The translations under genes were made by a program, and so were the position numbers. The notes beneath the pieces are model-generated. The model was not told the origin of the DNA, searched no databases, and saw only the letters and a program-made list of their open reading frames with translations. Of a stretch of 64,000 bases of DNA, positions 36,188 through 49,458 are shown piece by piece; the first letter of the stretch is position 1, and the number at the start of each line of letters is the position of its first letter. The stretch lies in NCBI RefSeq assembly GCF_006345805.1, contig NC_043005.1:52514001-52578000 (forward strand), read 5' to 3'. Source of the DNA: Octopus sinensis (taxonomy: Eukaryota).

Positions 36188-38170
36188 GCTATGACGCTAC
36201 TTTTTCTAACAGGGATGTTGGTCTGTGTTTGGTGAGTACAAGTTTCATTAAATTTCAAGAACCTGTCTTAGGATTCTTGCAAAAGATACGATAGCACTTT
36301 TTTCGAAGGCCCTCAACGAGTGTCACAATTCTAATACATTTGTAAAGGTAACTGGTTGCTTCTTTACACTTTTGGGGTGCAACTTGGGTGCAACACAATT
36401 TCCTTTCTTTTTGTTTCTAGAAACTACCAGTCAGGAACGAAAAGCAAGTTTAAAAATATATAATTCTTTATTCTCTTATTCAACTATGAAACACGGTGGT
36501 ATACTGGTATCCATTCTTACAATAATTCAGCAGCAATAGATAGGTTAAATCCCAAGCGTCTGGGACAGGAGAATAGGTTGATCACACGTATGAAAATACG
36601 TCCTTTCTCTTCGATCGCCGTGCCTCAAGTCCCCGAATGCTATTAAGGAACGCTATGGAATTTATTCTTCAGTCTCTAGCGCATGTGCATGATGGAACTT
36701 CCTTACGACTTTCCAGAAGGTTCTAGAAGATTCCAATCCCGCACACGCACACTGAAGAAGGACGTTCCGCACACGCACGCTGAAGAATGACGTTGCGTGT
36801 GCGCACACTGGAATATGACGTCACTACACATTTCAGCTCCTTAGATAATAGAATGGTTGCCATGCAAAGTGCACCACTTACCGTAGAAAACCTTTCAATT
36901 TTACCCTCCATAATCTATTCCTCTCTTTGACCAGGTCCTGATATTTCATTGTTTTCTCAATTTCTTGATGTCTACTGCATTATCATATGCTAATGCAAAG
37001 GCCATCACATATTTGGGGTTTATTTTTCTCCTATCCAACCATATCTGCTCTTGTTACTTCAGTAGCATAGTCAATCTCCACAAGAGTCTCTGGTTTCAGT
37101 TCATTTCGCTTTTCTGTCACTTGAATTCCAACATTTATTTAACAATGTAATGTACTCCTTTTACCGACACAGTTAAGCCTGTACATATACTGCTTTTGTG
37201 CTAAGTTACTGTATTCACTTAAAAGATGGTTAATACTTTCGACAAGGTTTCCCCACATTTTGCCTTTCCTCTCTGACTGAGTTTTCTCAATATCAAATTC
37301 GTTTTAAGGACTTATTCCCTTCCTAAGTAACTATAATTAGCTATTTAATTTTCTCATTTCAGGCTTCCAGCCAGCGTTCAAACATCCTTGGTTTGTTGCA
37401 TGGGTTTGTTTCATGAGTCCTTCTTTTTGCAGCTTTTGTCCTGTCGTTCTTACTTCCCTTCTGGAATTCTTCCATTGTTTCAGGAACTCTTTGGATATTC
37501 CTAATCACAGAGAGTATTCGTTTTTCACAACGCACAACAGAGTTCTTCACCATCGCAGTACTAATGGTGTCTTCAACTTTTAACAAGTCTCTGCGTCTTT
37601 CCCTTCTAGATAGGTAGAGAACCTGGATACTAATTTTAGGCTGGCTTGCGTTACGCATTGTGAGCAGTTCGTGTAGCTGTGGTTTTGTCCAGTTTAGAAG
37701 AGTCTCAGATTATCTCAACACTGTCATGGCTTACATATTCATGGCCTTGATGTTATTGCGTCCAGTCAGATATGTTTTAAGCACTTCCCCAATCTTGTTT
37801 TTATACTAATTGAAGATTCTATTGTTCATTTCTCTTTTCAATATTCTATCGTCCTGCAGCACTTCAAGTCCTTGTATTCCCTATTATTTCTCAGCAATAT
37901 AACGATACCATCGTGTGGAAACTTAATACCTTCAGATTTAATTTTTCAGTCTCTCTTTCTAATTTACATTGCAAGTTTATGCATCACAAACTGCTTACCG
38001 ATATCCTTGTTAAGTCTAAGACTGTCTAAGACCCTCAAAGTGGATGAAAACTGCATTGAAGTGTGTCTTTTTAAAAGTTCATACGCTTAAAAAAAAACAT
38101 TTTTGAATTCGGCTGCGTATCCTTAGAGAACTCATGCAAAAGAATGAGATTTGTATTTTAGACAAATTAA
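36187..38170 (-). mobile_element. 5'-truncated, decayed R4/Dong-clade non-LTR retrotransposon (RT C-half plus restriction-like endonuclease)
   Basis: Minus frames, in order: DIGKQF..KSEGIKFPHDG, EVLQDDRILKREM..YKNKIGEVLKTYLTGRNNIKAMN, LLNWTK, QPKISIQVLYLSRRERRRDLLKVEDTI, VTEKRNELKPETLVE, TRADMV, QEIEKTMKYQDLVKERNRLWRVK, SGAL and KSAIVSFARILRQVLEI* (stop near 36245). This is collinear with the R4/Dong RT-RLE ORF end. The 3' end abuts (AAT)n on plus at 36158-36186. Confidence 0.9.
36412..36828 (-). mobile_element. Putative solo LTR nested in the Dong relic
   Basis: TGT...ACA termini, AATAAA on minus near the 3' end, flanks CTTTT and CATTT (5-bp TSD with one mismatch). It interrupts the Dong reading frame between SKELK and the KSAIVSFARIL terminus. 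Confidence 0.45.
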
Positions 38171-38189
38171 TATTTTTTATCAGTATCCA

Positions 38190-38740
38190 AGGATGCAGTG
38201 TATGGGGATCGATATGTTAAAGAATAGATCCATCGTTTCCACTGCATGTCGTAAAAGGCGACTAAAACAGGTTGAGGTAGGATTTCAACCCGACCTCGTA
38301 AGACTCTCACCAGCAACGATACCCCAACCCCACCAAAAAAACAAAAAAAAAAACAGACTGATGCGTTGCAGGGTTGTCACCTGTGTAGTACAAAGGTATC
38401 GTCTGACAAAAATATGGATTCCACATCAAATGGTGGATGCAACGCATAAGCCCATACAACTATTGTTAACACAAGGGTAGCTTAGTAAATGGCAGCCGTA
38501 TCTCTCTCCCAAAGAAACATTACCACGCTTCTAATGGGCAGAACTATGAAGTAAAATATTATCCTGTCAATGTTACAAACAATAGCAGCAGCAGTAGCAG
38601 CCGATCAAGAATTTGGACCTGGAGATCTCCATTTCCAGCGACTTCGATGGCCACCTCCTAGTGGTGTCGAGATTCAACGAAGACCCCTCGACTACAACAA
38701 GACGACCAAGGTTTTTTTCTTTTTTTTTCCAAGGTCTGGG
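38190..38740 (+). mobile_element. SINE/LINE remnant with a Nin/Deu-domain-like motif
   Basis: CTGCATGTCGTAAAAGGCGACTAAAA at about 38262-38287 resembles the TGTCGTAAGAGGCGACTAAA core of Nin/Deu SINEs (from memory). The downstream GC-richer tract resembles a LINE 5' region. Confidence 0.5.
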
Positions 38741-39304
38741 GTCTCCAGCCCCTAAGCCCTAGATCATCACCTAATCACCCTTACCCGTCTTGTTGCTTAA
38801 CAATAACAACAACAACAACCTCGTCCACATAGGCATACACAAATTTTCAAGTTAAGCAAAAAAGGATACCTGCAGTTTCATCTGTTTTCCCAGATTAAAA
38901 AAAAAAGCAATTTTCATAAACAACCTAATTTCTGTTGGACAGGAAAATGAAGATAATCACTATAATAATGTAGCTTTGCACTCAAATTAGTTTGACTAAT
39001 ATATTAATAACAGAGTTATTTTTGTGTTTTTTCAGTAACGCATAATTTTTATGTGCGTTTTTCCCCTCGATTTTTACTTTTGTTTTCTCATAGACCGGCG
39101 TCGTGGGTTTGAAATAGGTCTAACGCTATGTTCCGAAGCTTAAATATCACTTTGAGACATATGGCAGGTTATGTATATCTGTCAAATTATTGTATCTCAA
39201 CAGCATGATACTATTAGAAGCACCTTTGTGTACATTGAACGATATTTATATCTCACTCCATTGAGTACTATTTTGGTTCATCCTACCTATAACAGAACAA
39301 TAAA

Positions 39305-39325
39305 CTACACACACACATGTATATG

Positions 39326-39407
<82 letters not shown>

Positions 39408-39617
39408 CGTGTGTTTGTGTACGTATGTACGTGTAACAAAGTGAATTTGGGGGGCACCGCACGAGTAAAAATATAAGGAAAAGAATCTGACAATGTAGGA
39501 GTCTTTTAAAAGTATTTATTAACCTAACCGGTTTGACTTATTTAAGACTCTTTTTAAATAAGTGAAACCGGTTAAGTTAAATACTTTTAAAAGACTCCTG
39601 CAATTTTATATTCTTTT

Positions 39618-39671
<54 letters not shown>

Positions 39672-39887
39672 AGAGAGAGAGGGGGGGGAGATAAGTTGAT
39701 AGATACATAGATAAAAATAGTAGCATCCGGTTCATAGGGGTTAACCACGGTTTGGCGTCCATAAAGCACTTAGCTTTGCACACATCTACTCAGACCCTAT
39801 GAAACGACCCTAGCTGTCTTTATCTAAATAATCTACTGATCTACAACGTAGATTGTTCTTCTTTTTCGGAGTTAAGATTTAATGAGG

Positions 39888-39938
<51 letters not shown>

Positions 39939-39990
39939 TGTATGCATGTATGTATGTATATGTGTGTGTGTGTGTATGTATGTATAAATA
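39305..39990. repeat. Three microsatellites: (TG)n 39305-39430, (TA)n 39620-39670, (CA)n/(TATG)n 39890-39990
   Basis: Direct observation. Confidence 0.93.
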
Positions 39991-40440
39991 TGTATGTATG
40001 TGTTTTTACTATGAGCACATGGCCTTAAATATATATATAGACGTGACTACCCTTGATCCGTTGGGTCACCGGAAAACACTGAGTTTCTCAGCAGCGGAGT
40101 TTTGTTTCTTTTTGTTTTTTTAGCGAAATCACCCGTAAACGACTCCTTTCCCCCAGAAAAGGAAAGATTTGTCTGCTCTATTTTGCACGCTCTGCTACCA
40201 TGTAATAGGTATTTCAGGTGCTTGATCGCAAATAGCTGTTACGTGGTAGCAGGGCGTGCTAGAAATAGCAGCCAAGTCTTTGGAGGTGAGATACGTTGAA
40301 TGCACTCGATTTGTATATAGCGCGAAATGCAAATAGAGATAAAAATATGAAGATGGGTGGTTACTGACAAATTTTTCAACTTTGTATGGGTAATTTGCCC
40401 AACATTTCTGCTCTTCTAACGGTGTGTGTGCGTTCGAAAA

Positions 40441-40443
40441 TCC

Positions 40444-40484
<41 letters not shown>

Positions 40485-40520
40485 ACTATCTATCTATCTA
40501 TCTATCATCTATCTATCTAC
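40441..40520. repeat. (TCTA)n microsatellite
   Basis: Direct observation. Confidence 0.96.
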
Positions 40521-40742
40521 CTATAACATATAATATACTGTATATATGTATATACATATCTATCTATATATATATGATTTTGATTTTTCCAGTTTCAGCT
40601 AATGAGCTGTGGCCATGCTGGGGCACCGCCATTTGGTTTCCTACACGATTTTACCTCACGGATGCTTTTTAGCAAACGCCATCTGATACATGAGAGAGTT
40701 CGATGCAGCTGCCCTCATCTGCACCTCCTGCCGTGTGTGTAC

Positions 40743-40788
<46 letters not shown>

Positions 40789-41479
40789 CATCCAAGTCAT
40801 TTTCTGCGTCAATCTTGTTCTTTCATCTGCTTTATTAACACTTTAGACTGAAGTCGTGTATAACAATTTGTAATTAAAGATTTCCCTGCAAGTTCGATCC
40901 CAGCATCACCTGTCGTTTTCTTTTTTTTTTCGCTTTTTTAACAATTGGAAGAAGGTAATGCTAGTTTAACGTAAGACATTTTTTGACAAGATTCAATGAT
41001 AAAGCCATAAATAGTACCAAACTCCTTATCAAAGTCCTAATTCTTTTTTTTTTTATTTATTCGAATGTTCTGTCACAGTTCTTTTCCTCCTCTAGCACTT
41101 AGTTTGCAATTAGTCATGAATATAGGTTTGAGGTAAATCACAATTGTATATCTTCAATACATATTACATGCGAGGAACTGACAAGATCTCAAGTCAAGTA
41201 ACAGACATTGATAGACTCTCCTACGATTACAGAGGCTCTGCTATGTTATTTACTCAGCATAAAACTTACATTGAAATCCGTAATGATACAGTCTTCATTT
41301 AGATAGATGTCATTCTGCTAAATGGCTTTTTATGATTGACAGTGGTTGTGTTTATGTCCAGATGGTCATCACTGCCGTTATAATGATGGCATCTTTATAA
41401 TATATATATATATTATATATATATATATATATATGTATGTATTTATGTATGTATACGTACACACATAAATATATATACA

Positions 41480-41513
<34 letters not shown>

Positions 41514-41833
41514 ATATATATATATATACATGCACACGCGCGTGCACACATACACATGCACACCATCATCAAGAGCAGTAAAATATTTCTGGTTCTATTA
41601 ACGATTGAAGAGCAAATGACTATTTAAAAGTACCAGAATTTATATTGATGCTAATCGTTAACATGTTTGAAAGTAAGCGATGTATACGGAAGGATTGGAT
41701 CTTGCGGAAAATTAACCAAAATACAGAATTTTTGATAGTTTTAATCCTTATCACAATTTGTTCTTCCTTATGTCAAGTCTATAGAGCAGGCAGTGAGTAT
41801 AACATTACTACTAATGGTTGGTATTGGTATAAT

Positions 41834-42231
41834 TAAGGCGGCGAGGTGGCAGAAGCGTTAGCACGTCGGGCGAAATGCTCAGCGGTATTTCGTCTGCCGT
41901 TACGTTCTGGGTTCAAATTCCGCCGAGGTCGACTTTGCCTTTCATTCTTTCGGGGTCGATAAATTAAGTACCAGTTACACACTGGGGTCGACATAATCGA
42001 CTTAATCCGTTTGTCTGTCCTTGTTTGTCCCCTCTGTGTTTAGCTCCTTGTGGGTAATAAAGAAATAGGTATTTCGTCTGCCGTTACGTTCTGTGTTCAA
42101 ATTCCGCCGAGGTCGATTTTATCTTTCATTCTTTCGGGGTCGATAAATTAAGTACCAGTTACACACTGGGGTCGATGTAATCGACTTAATCCGTTTTGTG
42201 TTTAGCCTCTTGTGGGTAGTAAAGAAATAGA
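41834..42231 (+). mobile_element. SINE family B with a duplicated body (partial dimer) inside one 16-bp TSD
   Basis: Full monomer at 41834-42068, then a headless second copy starting GGTATTTCGTCTGCCGTTACG. TTGGTATTGGTATAAT occurs at 41818-41833 and 42232-42247. Confidence 0.95.
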
Positions 42232-44424
42232 TTGGTATTGGTATAATCTAACCAGCAGCTGTATGAGTCACGGGAAGCAAACTGCGTGCATATTCAAAAC
42301 CTCTCGTATAAGAACATGTAAACCCAAGTAAACAACGGTGGAAATAAACGTGCAATGAAATACAGGAAAAATAAGAGATCACTCGCTGCCTAATGAGATC
42401 GACAAAGATATGAATTAAAAGAAAGTAGCATAGACATACATTACACATATAAAATGTAACCAGACAAAAATGAACACAAAAAAAAGCAAGCACGAAATCA
42501 AAGAGTGTCGAAGACAAGTGATCTTTGCTAAATCGAAAAGAATTTATCGTTAGGGAAAAGGTAAACAGTTCTTAGAAGAAATACCGTTTGTCGCCAACCT
42601 CAAAAGACACACGTAAAGACAAAACAAAACAATTCAGCTGAAAAACAAAAGCAGTTAATTCTTTTCCAATTACCCCATTATTTATAGTTAGGCACATACG
42701 AAAAATAAAAGGAGAGCTTTTTTGCTATAATGATATTGTTAAGAGCGTGAATTCAATCAATCGTACATAACTTATTAATGTATATAACTGATTATGATTA
42801 GTCAGGCAGAAAATAAAACAAACTTTCAGCTGTTTATATACGAAAACATGTTTTTTGTGGTTACTATATTTTATGAAATCAAAATGGATTATTTGGTGCT
42901 CATGTCTTTCCCGAAGCGACTACCAGGCTCAGATGAAACCCGAAATAAAATACCTCTGTATCTGGGCCAGTGGTGCTACAGAATATGCAAACATCCTAGA
43001 CCTTACAAAAAGGCTACCTGATTTTTTGGAATATTTAATAGAAATCTCTTGCCAAGCACTCCTGCAGTATATATCACACGTGTACTGTGTCCTCACTCTG
43101 CTTTTGCTCTGATTTCTGCTGTAGCTTCTTCCCTTCGGAATTATCGTAACATTTCCACCCAAGCACTCTTTTTTCTCTACATCGTGTCCTGGCCACCTCC
43201 TCTTATGCTCTCTTTTAAACATTCGCTCACGTCTTCCTTCCCAGAATATCAACTTCTCGAAGATCGTTCCCTCAGCTATTTGCAAAAATAATAATAGTGT
43301 CAATTTCACTGGGATATGTATATGTGCGTTGTGTGCGTCTGTACATGTATACACTACGGGTATCAGTAAAATTTACGCCTCAAAAATTCTTACAAAATTA
43401 TTAGATAATTTCAAGCTATAGTAAAATACATTTGCGAAAGAAGCAAGATAGCGCACCGTGGAATTGAACCCCAAACCCCATGATTGTGAAGTGATTGTGA
43501 ACTTCTGAACCATGCCTGAATTTTCTCTACGTTCACTCTGCTGAGTCCGTTATATAATACATTACGCCGGCAATTGGTTTCAAGACAAGCGACTTAACTC
43601 TGAAAACAGCGTAAGACGAGAAAACATAAAAAAAAAATTATTTCCTTATATTGCTTTAATTAATAGTTTCTACTTGTTTTCATGTATATTCATTTCATTT
43701 TCCACTTCAGTATTGGTTTTTAGGTGTTCCTTTGTTAATTCTTAATCTGTTCGTTAAGACCGATGTAAGTCGATAAATAATCGATTAAATTTGTCCATTT
43801 TCTTCCCGTTCAATTCTTGAAAAAAATAATAATGTAAATTCTAAAAAGGTGTCACTCGATATGACGTAAATTGAGGTACGCTTCCGTTAAAATTTATTTT
43901 GACTAAGTATTTCTATCGTGCAATTTAGCTGTGAGATTGGTGGTGGTGGTGGTGGGAATTACCTCAAGTGTACTTTTCCAATACACATAAGGGAACAAAT
44001 TCCATTGCTTCAACCGAGTATCGACATCTCGACACAGTTTCTGTAAGCTGGTAGCTTATATTTTGCTCAACAGTATACTGTGCAATCTCCTAAGTGTCAT
44101 AAAGCATTTTACAGTACCAGTTTCTTCCCTTGTACCTCTGAACTTTTGAACTTTGGAATTCATTTCCACAGTCTTCCACAGTTTTCTTCTTCAATATGAC
44201 CTCCAGTCGTTTAAGTCTAATGTACACCGTCACCTATTGACTTCTGTATAGCGTCTATTTTATTCTAGTAGCTCTTACGTTTTTAGTGGTCTAAGGACCT
44301 TGTAACGAGCGAATACTTAAAAATAAAGCTGTACTCAACATACTAAAATTATCCGTTAAATCTCTTCCAAAATGTTAAATTATACTTCATAATGAGTCGT
44401 TGAATATCTCTATAAAAGACCTTG

Positions 44425-44760
44425 CTCAAAGTCCAACCCTTGACCTTATCGTGGTTGGAAGTTTAAACGAGTGAATGTCAGAGGTATGCCGTCGAGGACT
44501 TCGAGTTTCTGGTAGGGCCACCCAAGATGGACATACCTGATAACGGCGGTGTTAAGGCTGCAATATGGCGAACTGGAGGGCAATGGTGAATTCTATGCAG
44601 CGTCTGTTCCAGAATTCAGCGACTTCCTGGTGGCGTTGGATGGCTTCTGTGGGCATCCGGCGGCAAGAAGGCGTAACACGAGGACGACCTGCCACCGATC
44701 TTGTATGAGACGGGAACTGTTTTCGCGGACTCTGATCACCCCTTGAAATTCCCATCACGC
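44425..44760 (+). mobile_element. RTE-type LINE 5' region remnant
   Basis: CCTTATCGTGGTTGG...GGTATGCCGTCGAGG...TCTGGTAGGGCCACCCAAG follows the pattern of RTE/BovB 5' UTRs (CCTTGTCGTGG...CTATGCC...GGTAGGG.CACCCA.G, from memory). GC-rich relative to the flanks. Confidence 0.6.
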
Positions 44761-46714
44761 GGCGAAGTCAATAGGAGCAGGCTTAACCACTCCTGGGTGA
44801 ATGCCGTTAACAAGACAAAAAAAGAAGATACATGATAAATAAATACATAGAAAGTCTAGCAGTTTCAACGGTGGTCGAACTATGTAGCCTATGTGACCTC
44901 GCCACAGAGAAACAAATGCTCCACATGCAAAGAGCGTGAAGTACGGTGTCACGTCTAGTACTTCAATCTACCCGCCACGTGGCATTAGTCTGCTTGTTCA
45001 GAACTGAGCTGGAACTACAAAAAAATAAAATAAAATAAAATACACAACAGTGATATTAATTAAAATGGAACACACAGCCTTTCGAACAGCTATATTTCAA
45101 CAAGAGTAGCAGAAATGTTTGAATTTGCTTAAATCACTACTAATTTAGTCATTGGTTTGTTCTCCTTTAAATACGTGATTGAAAATATTAAACAATCAGA
45201 GAACTTTCAAAGTTAGTTATCCAACGTAAAGGAATCTAAATGCAATGTAAATGCAACACAACTGTAATAGAACAGACGTTTATTTAATGATTCCTAATTT
45301 CTCTCTATTCCTTCTATTCATTCACACTCTGCCCATATAGCTTGAAGCCAACTCACACTAGCAAACTTGTCTAATTCGCTAATTGCCTCTCGTTTTCGCA
45401 TCGATATTGATTCAGTTTCGAGGGTATATATCGAATGATCAAACAATAAGTTCTCGATAAACGTCTGTATCTTGTTAGTCTTTCCACAAAGAAATAATGG
45501 TTTTGTTGCGGTCGTTGTTCGAGGAAATGTTCTGGTGGAATTGGCATTGGAATAAACCAATATGATTAAGACCGGGGGGCATTTTTCTCTCTCCTCAAAT
45601 ATATAACAATGGCACTAAAGGAAACTTTAGCATTATCTACAATATCTGTTATCAAGCCAAATAAATGCTGTAACTTGCAAAATTCTATGGATAATCTGAT
45701 TTCTATGTCCTAAACCTCACGCAATGTATTCGCAAACCTTTACAATTCTTACATTCTTAGAAAGAGTTAACTATTAGAAAGCACTTTATGATATTTCAAA
45801 TATTGTTTACTACCACTATTGCTGGTGTTGTCGTTGTTATTGTTATTTTTATTAGTGTTTAGCCTCTAGACGGTTCTGATCGAGTAGATCTATTATCAAA
45901 GTCTATCAATACATGACCAACCCGAGATTATTAGATGATGTAAATAAGGTTTGAAAGATATTAGACTGCAACTCCTAGAAAGCAAGTAACAATGTAGATA
46001 ATCCCTCGGCTGGCTCAAATATGTATTTGATTTTCATATTAGCACAAAGTCAGAAACTTATAGAAAACAGTATGGGTGACTGAATATTACCTTGTAAATA
46101 ACATCTATTAATTTTCCCTCCACGAGTTAGAGCTAAAGTCGATCGGTTAAAGAAAGAAACCAAATACTAAAATGTATATAATCAGGTACCCGTCTATGTT
46201 TGCTTCTCCACTTCTCAACGTCCTTTAATTCAAATACTGAAATATATATTTCTAAGTGTACTTACCAGGCAAATGGCTCAATCTGAGACCATGCATTGAA
46301 GCAAAAATGATTATAGAGTGGAAGATACATATTAGTCATTCAAAAACACTCAAAGACTTTTAACTTCCCTTACACATATTTTATTAAGTGTCAAAATTTT
46401 CGTCACACGAACGGCGACCTGGTCACTGACATGATTCTACTGCATCTTTATTTCAAACTTTTTTCACATTCAGTAGCTCCAGAATTTGTCTTACGTTAAA
46501 ATACTTCCTACCACATTCGCATTTTCGATCATACTGGTGTTATGCCAGTGTAAGGAAATTATCATTTTCCTTCGTTTAGGACTAAACTTGGAAAATAATA
46601 AGAATATAAAAAAAAATAATTGCTATACATCCCACCGTCACAAACAAAACGGAACCCCAAAATCTGCCGTTATTCCCTGCGTAAGAGGATGTGTTTGCGA
46701 CAAGACTGTCTTTT

Positions 46715-47530
46715 CACTCACCTCCCAGAGTACTGCGCTGGGTCCAATTCATTTTATTGTCTACATCAATGACAGTGCAAATTCCAGTGAACATAGCCCC
46801 ATAAAAATATTTGCAGATGGCTCTAAGCTCCAGGAAGTCATTAAGGGAGCATATGATCGAACAATGCTTCAATAGCACTTATGCGCAGTAACTCCGTAGG
46901 CACAAAAAAAAACAATATGGAGTTAAACGAAGAAAATTTTAGCTCATCCACTTTGGAAGAGAAGCACACTCAAACAACCGTACACACTACCGCCGGGAGA
47001 CCTACTTGAACCGTAGCATAATATCAGAGACTTAGGTGTAACTGTCGACAGCAACCATAGTTGGAGTGTGCACATCAACAAAATGTCGATGTTGCCCGCA
47101 GAATGTGCTCATGGATCCTTAGAACTTTCTAACGTATGGATCGTGAAACCATCATCCTACTCCTCTCTACATTCACTAGGCCCCCACCTCGAATACTGCT
47201 GCCCATTGAGGACTCCTACAAAAAAACAAGACATAATGAGGAGCAAAGCGCCACAAAGATCAATCACAAAAACAAAATAATAAATGGCATGATGGGATTT
47301 GATTATTGGTCTCGACTTTAACAGCTGAAACTTCATTCTCTGCAACGCCACCGTGAGCGATACATTATTTGCACCATGTGGAAAATGTTCCACCAATATT
47401 ATCCAAATCATATTGGCATTACGTTTACAATTTACCCATGACTAGGCCCACCTGCAATGCGTCCCCTACAAAGGTCGAAATCACATCACAAGAACATTGC
47501 GACACAATTTCTCCACTGCAATTGTATTTT
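46715..47530 (+). mobile_element. Decayed CR1-type LINE reverse transcriptase C-terminal part
   Basis: SQSTALGPIHFIVYIND (PQG.VLGP..F..YIND), IKIFADGSKL (FADD.KL), LIHFG, IRDLGVTVD, HLEYCCPL and LKLHSLQRHRERYII, in collinear frames with stops and frameshifts. Confidence 0.92.
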
Positions 47531-48619
47531 TAAAAAGGTGTCACTGAGAAAGCAGTGGCGGGTAAAACTGGTTTCTGCAGTTAACGGTAATAATAATTTT
47601 AGCCGATATATCTCATTGCTGCACAACTGTATTATAGGGCAGTGCTCCGCAACCGGTATATCGCGGAACACTTATGTGACACGAAACGATGCTGGTTGTG
47701 CTGCAGTATTACCTGAATATAATTTTTCCTTTACACTTTTAGGTGAACTTTTAGTTCAGGCGTGACGCCGAATTTTCAAAAGAATATAAGTGTACCACAA
47801 GTAAAAAAAAGTTTCGGGAGCACTGTAAAAGGAAACAGTGGGCGTAACCGTGAGGGTGAAATGTTTGCAGCTATATGACTCCACGTTCAAATTCTATCCG
47901 CAGTACATGGAACAAGAAACTCCTACTATAGCTTTGAGTTAAACAAAAACGTGGATGTAATATTTAAATAGGTGGTTGGAGATTGTATAGAATCTCGTTA
48001 AATAGAATATTATTGTTCTTGAGTTTAGACTCGTTTAAATATTATCAACTGGCCTACGCCTGCATTTAATAGATTAAATTCTGTTGTTGCAACCATTCAA
48101 CACTGGTCTTCTGGTTTTCTTACACCAATTTCAGAAGATGTAGAAAGCTTATTCGGTGCTACACTTCCTACAGTGGCCCCTTACAGAATATAGTGTTTCT
48201 TTATATTACAGTCACTAAATTCATCTATCTAAGGCATTCATTTATTGCAACAGATGTAACCCAGGCGAAAATTAGCTGCGTTTACCACGGACACTACAGT
48301 ACTAAGAGCGACCGTTGGTCTTGCATATGTTAATACTAACTGACTAGTAATATAAAACACTGATTATTATGACCGCAAAACCCACTGAGATATCAACGAG
48401 GCATGAAGATACGAGTATTTGAAACTACAAGTTTATATTTACAATAAGGGAAACACATACACGTGATTGTAGTCACGTACTATAGGTTCAAGAGAGAGTA
48501 ATTTTGAACGTTTGGAAACAAATAACTTCAAAGAGTAATTTTGTTTGGTGAAACAATAACAAAGGTGACAAAAATATATAGGCAAAGTCACAAGGAGAGA
48601 CAATAAATTGGTTAAGCCA

Positions 48620-48861
48620 TATATATATATGAACTATGTGTGTGGATGTATATATATGTATGTGTATGTATATATATATATATATATATATATAAATACA
48701 TACGTATATGTATGTATATATGCATTATAATATATGTATTATATATACATATAATTATAGATATTTTATATATGATTAGAGATATATAAACTAATTATAT
48801 GTATATATAAATATATATGTATACATATATCTATAATTTATTGTATAAACATTGCTGTATG

Positions 48862-48894
<33 letters not shown>

Positions 48895-49415
48895 TTGTGT
48901 GTGTGGGTGTGTATACGTACACGCCTAACTACATACATAAATACAGAAAGTCAAGAATAATATTGCCACTACAGAGAAGTAGCAGAGAATATCTTAAAAA
49001 TAAAAGAAAAAAAACAACAACGTTGTTTTAATACTACAGGTTATTCCATCAACAAAACAACGTGGTAGAAAAATTAATTCTTGAGTGGAAACTATAAACT
49101 GTAGTCATCTCCAAAAAATTAACATCAAAGCAAAACAAGAGTATGTTGGACACAATTACAACGATACATATAAAAAACACATAAAATACACCTAGGACGT
49201 TTATCAGGAATAAAACTAAATTTATTATCACTCGGGTCAGCAAGGCACAAAGGGAGTCCGATTGTAAAGCTTGACAATAATCAAATGAATCTTTATATCA
49301 ATTTTTGTTTTTATTTTTTCACTGTCCAGCTAATTAGCAATAACATAGTCGCGTATGATTATATATATATATATATAATATATATATATATATATTATAT
49401 ATATATATATATATT

Positions 49416-49458
<43 letters not shown>

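Noticed and set aside
36745-36800. CTGAAGAAGGACGTTCC as another hammerhead
   Set aside because: The core and stem II are present, but there is no GAAA or stem III and stem I partner; it is part of the short internal repeats of the putative LTR.
39094-39168. Plus-strand exon after a strong acceptor TTTTGTTTTCTCATAG
   Set aside because: All three frames contain stops before the GTTATG donor; at most a non-coding exon, with no evidence for it.
42855-43354. Overlapping 85-aa and 141-aa ORFs
   Set aside because: No recognisable domain on either strand; may be a decayed retroelement but unassignable by eye.
46264-46340. Minus-strand start exon MTNMYLPLYNHFCFNAWSQIEPFA with a GTAAGT donor
   Set aside because: A single isolated signal with no compatible downstream exon identified.
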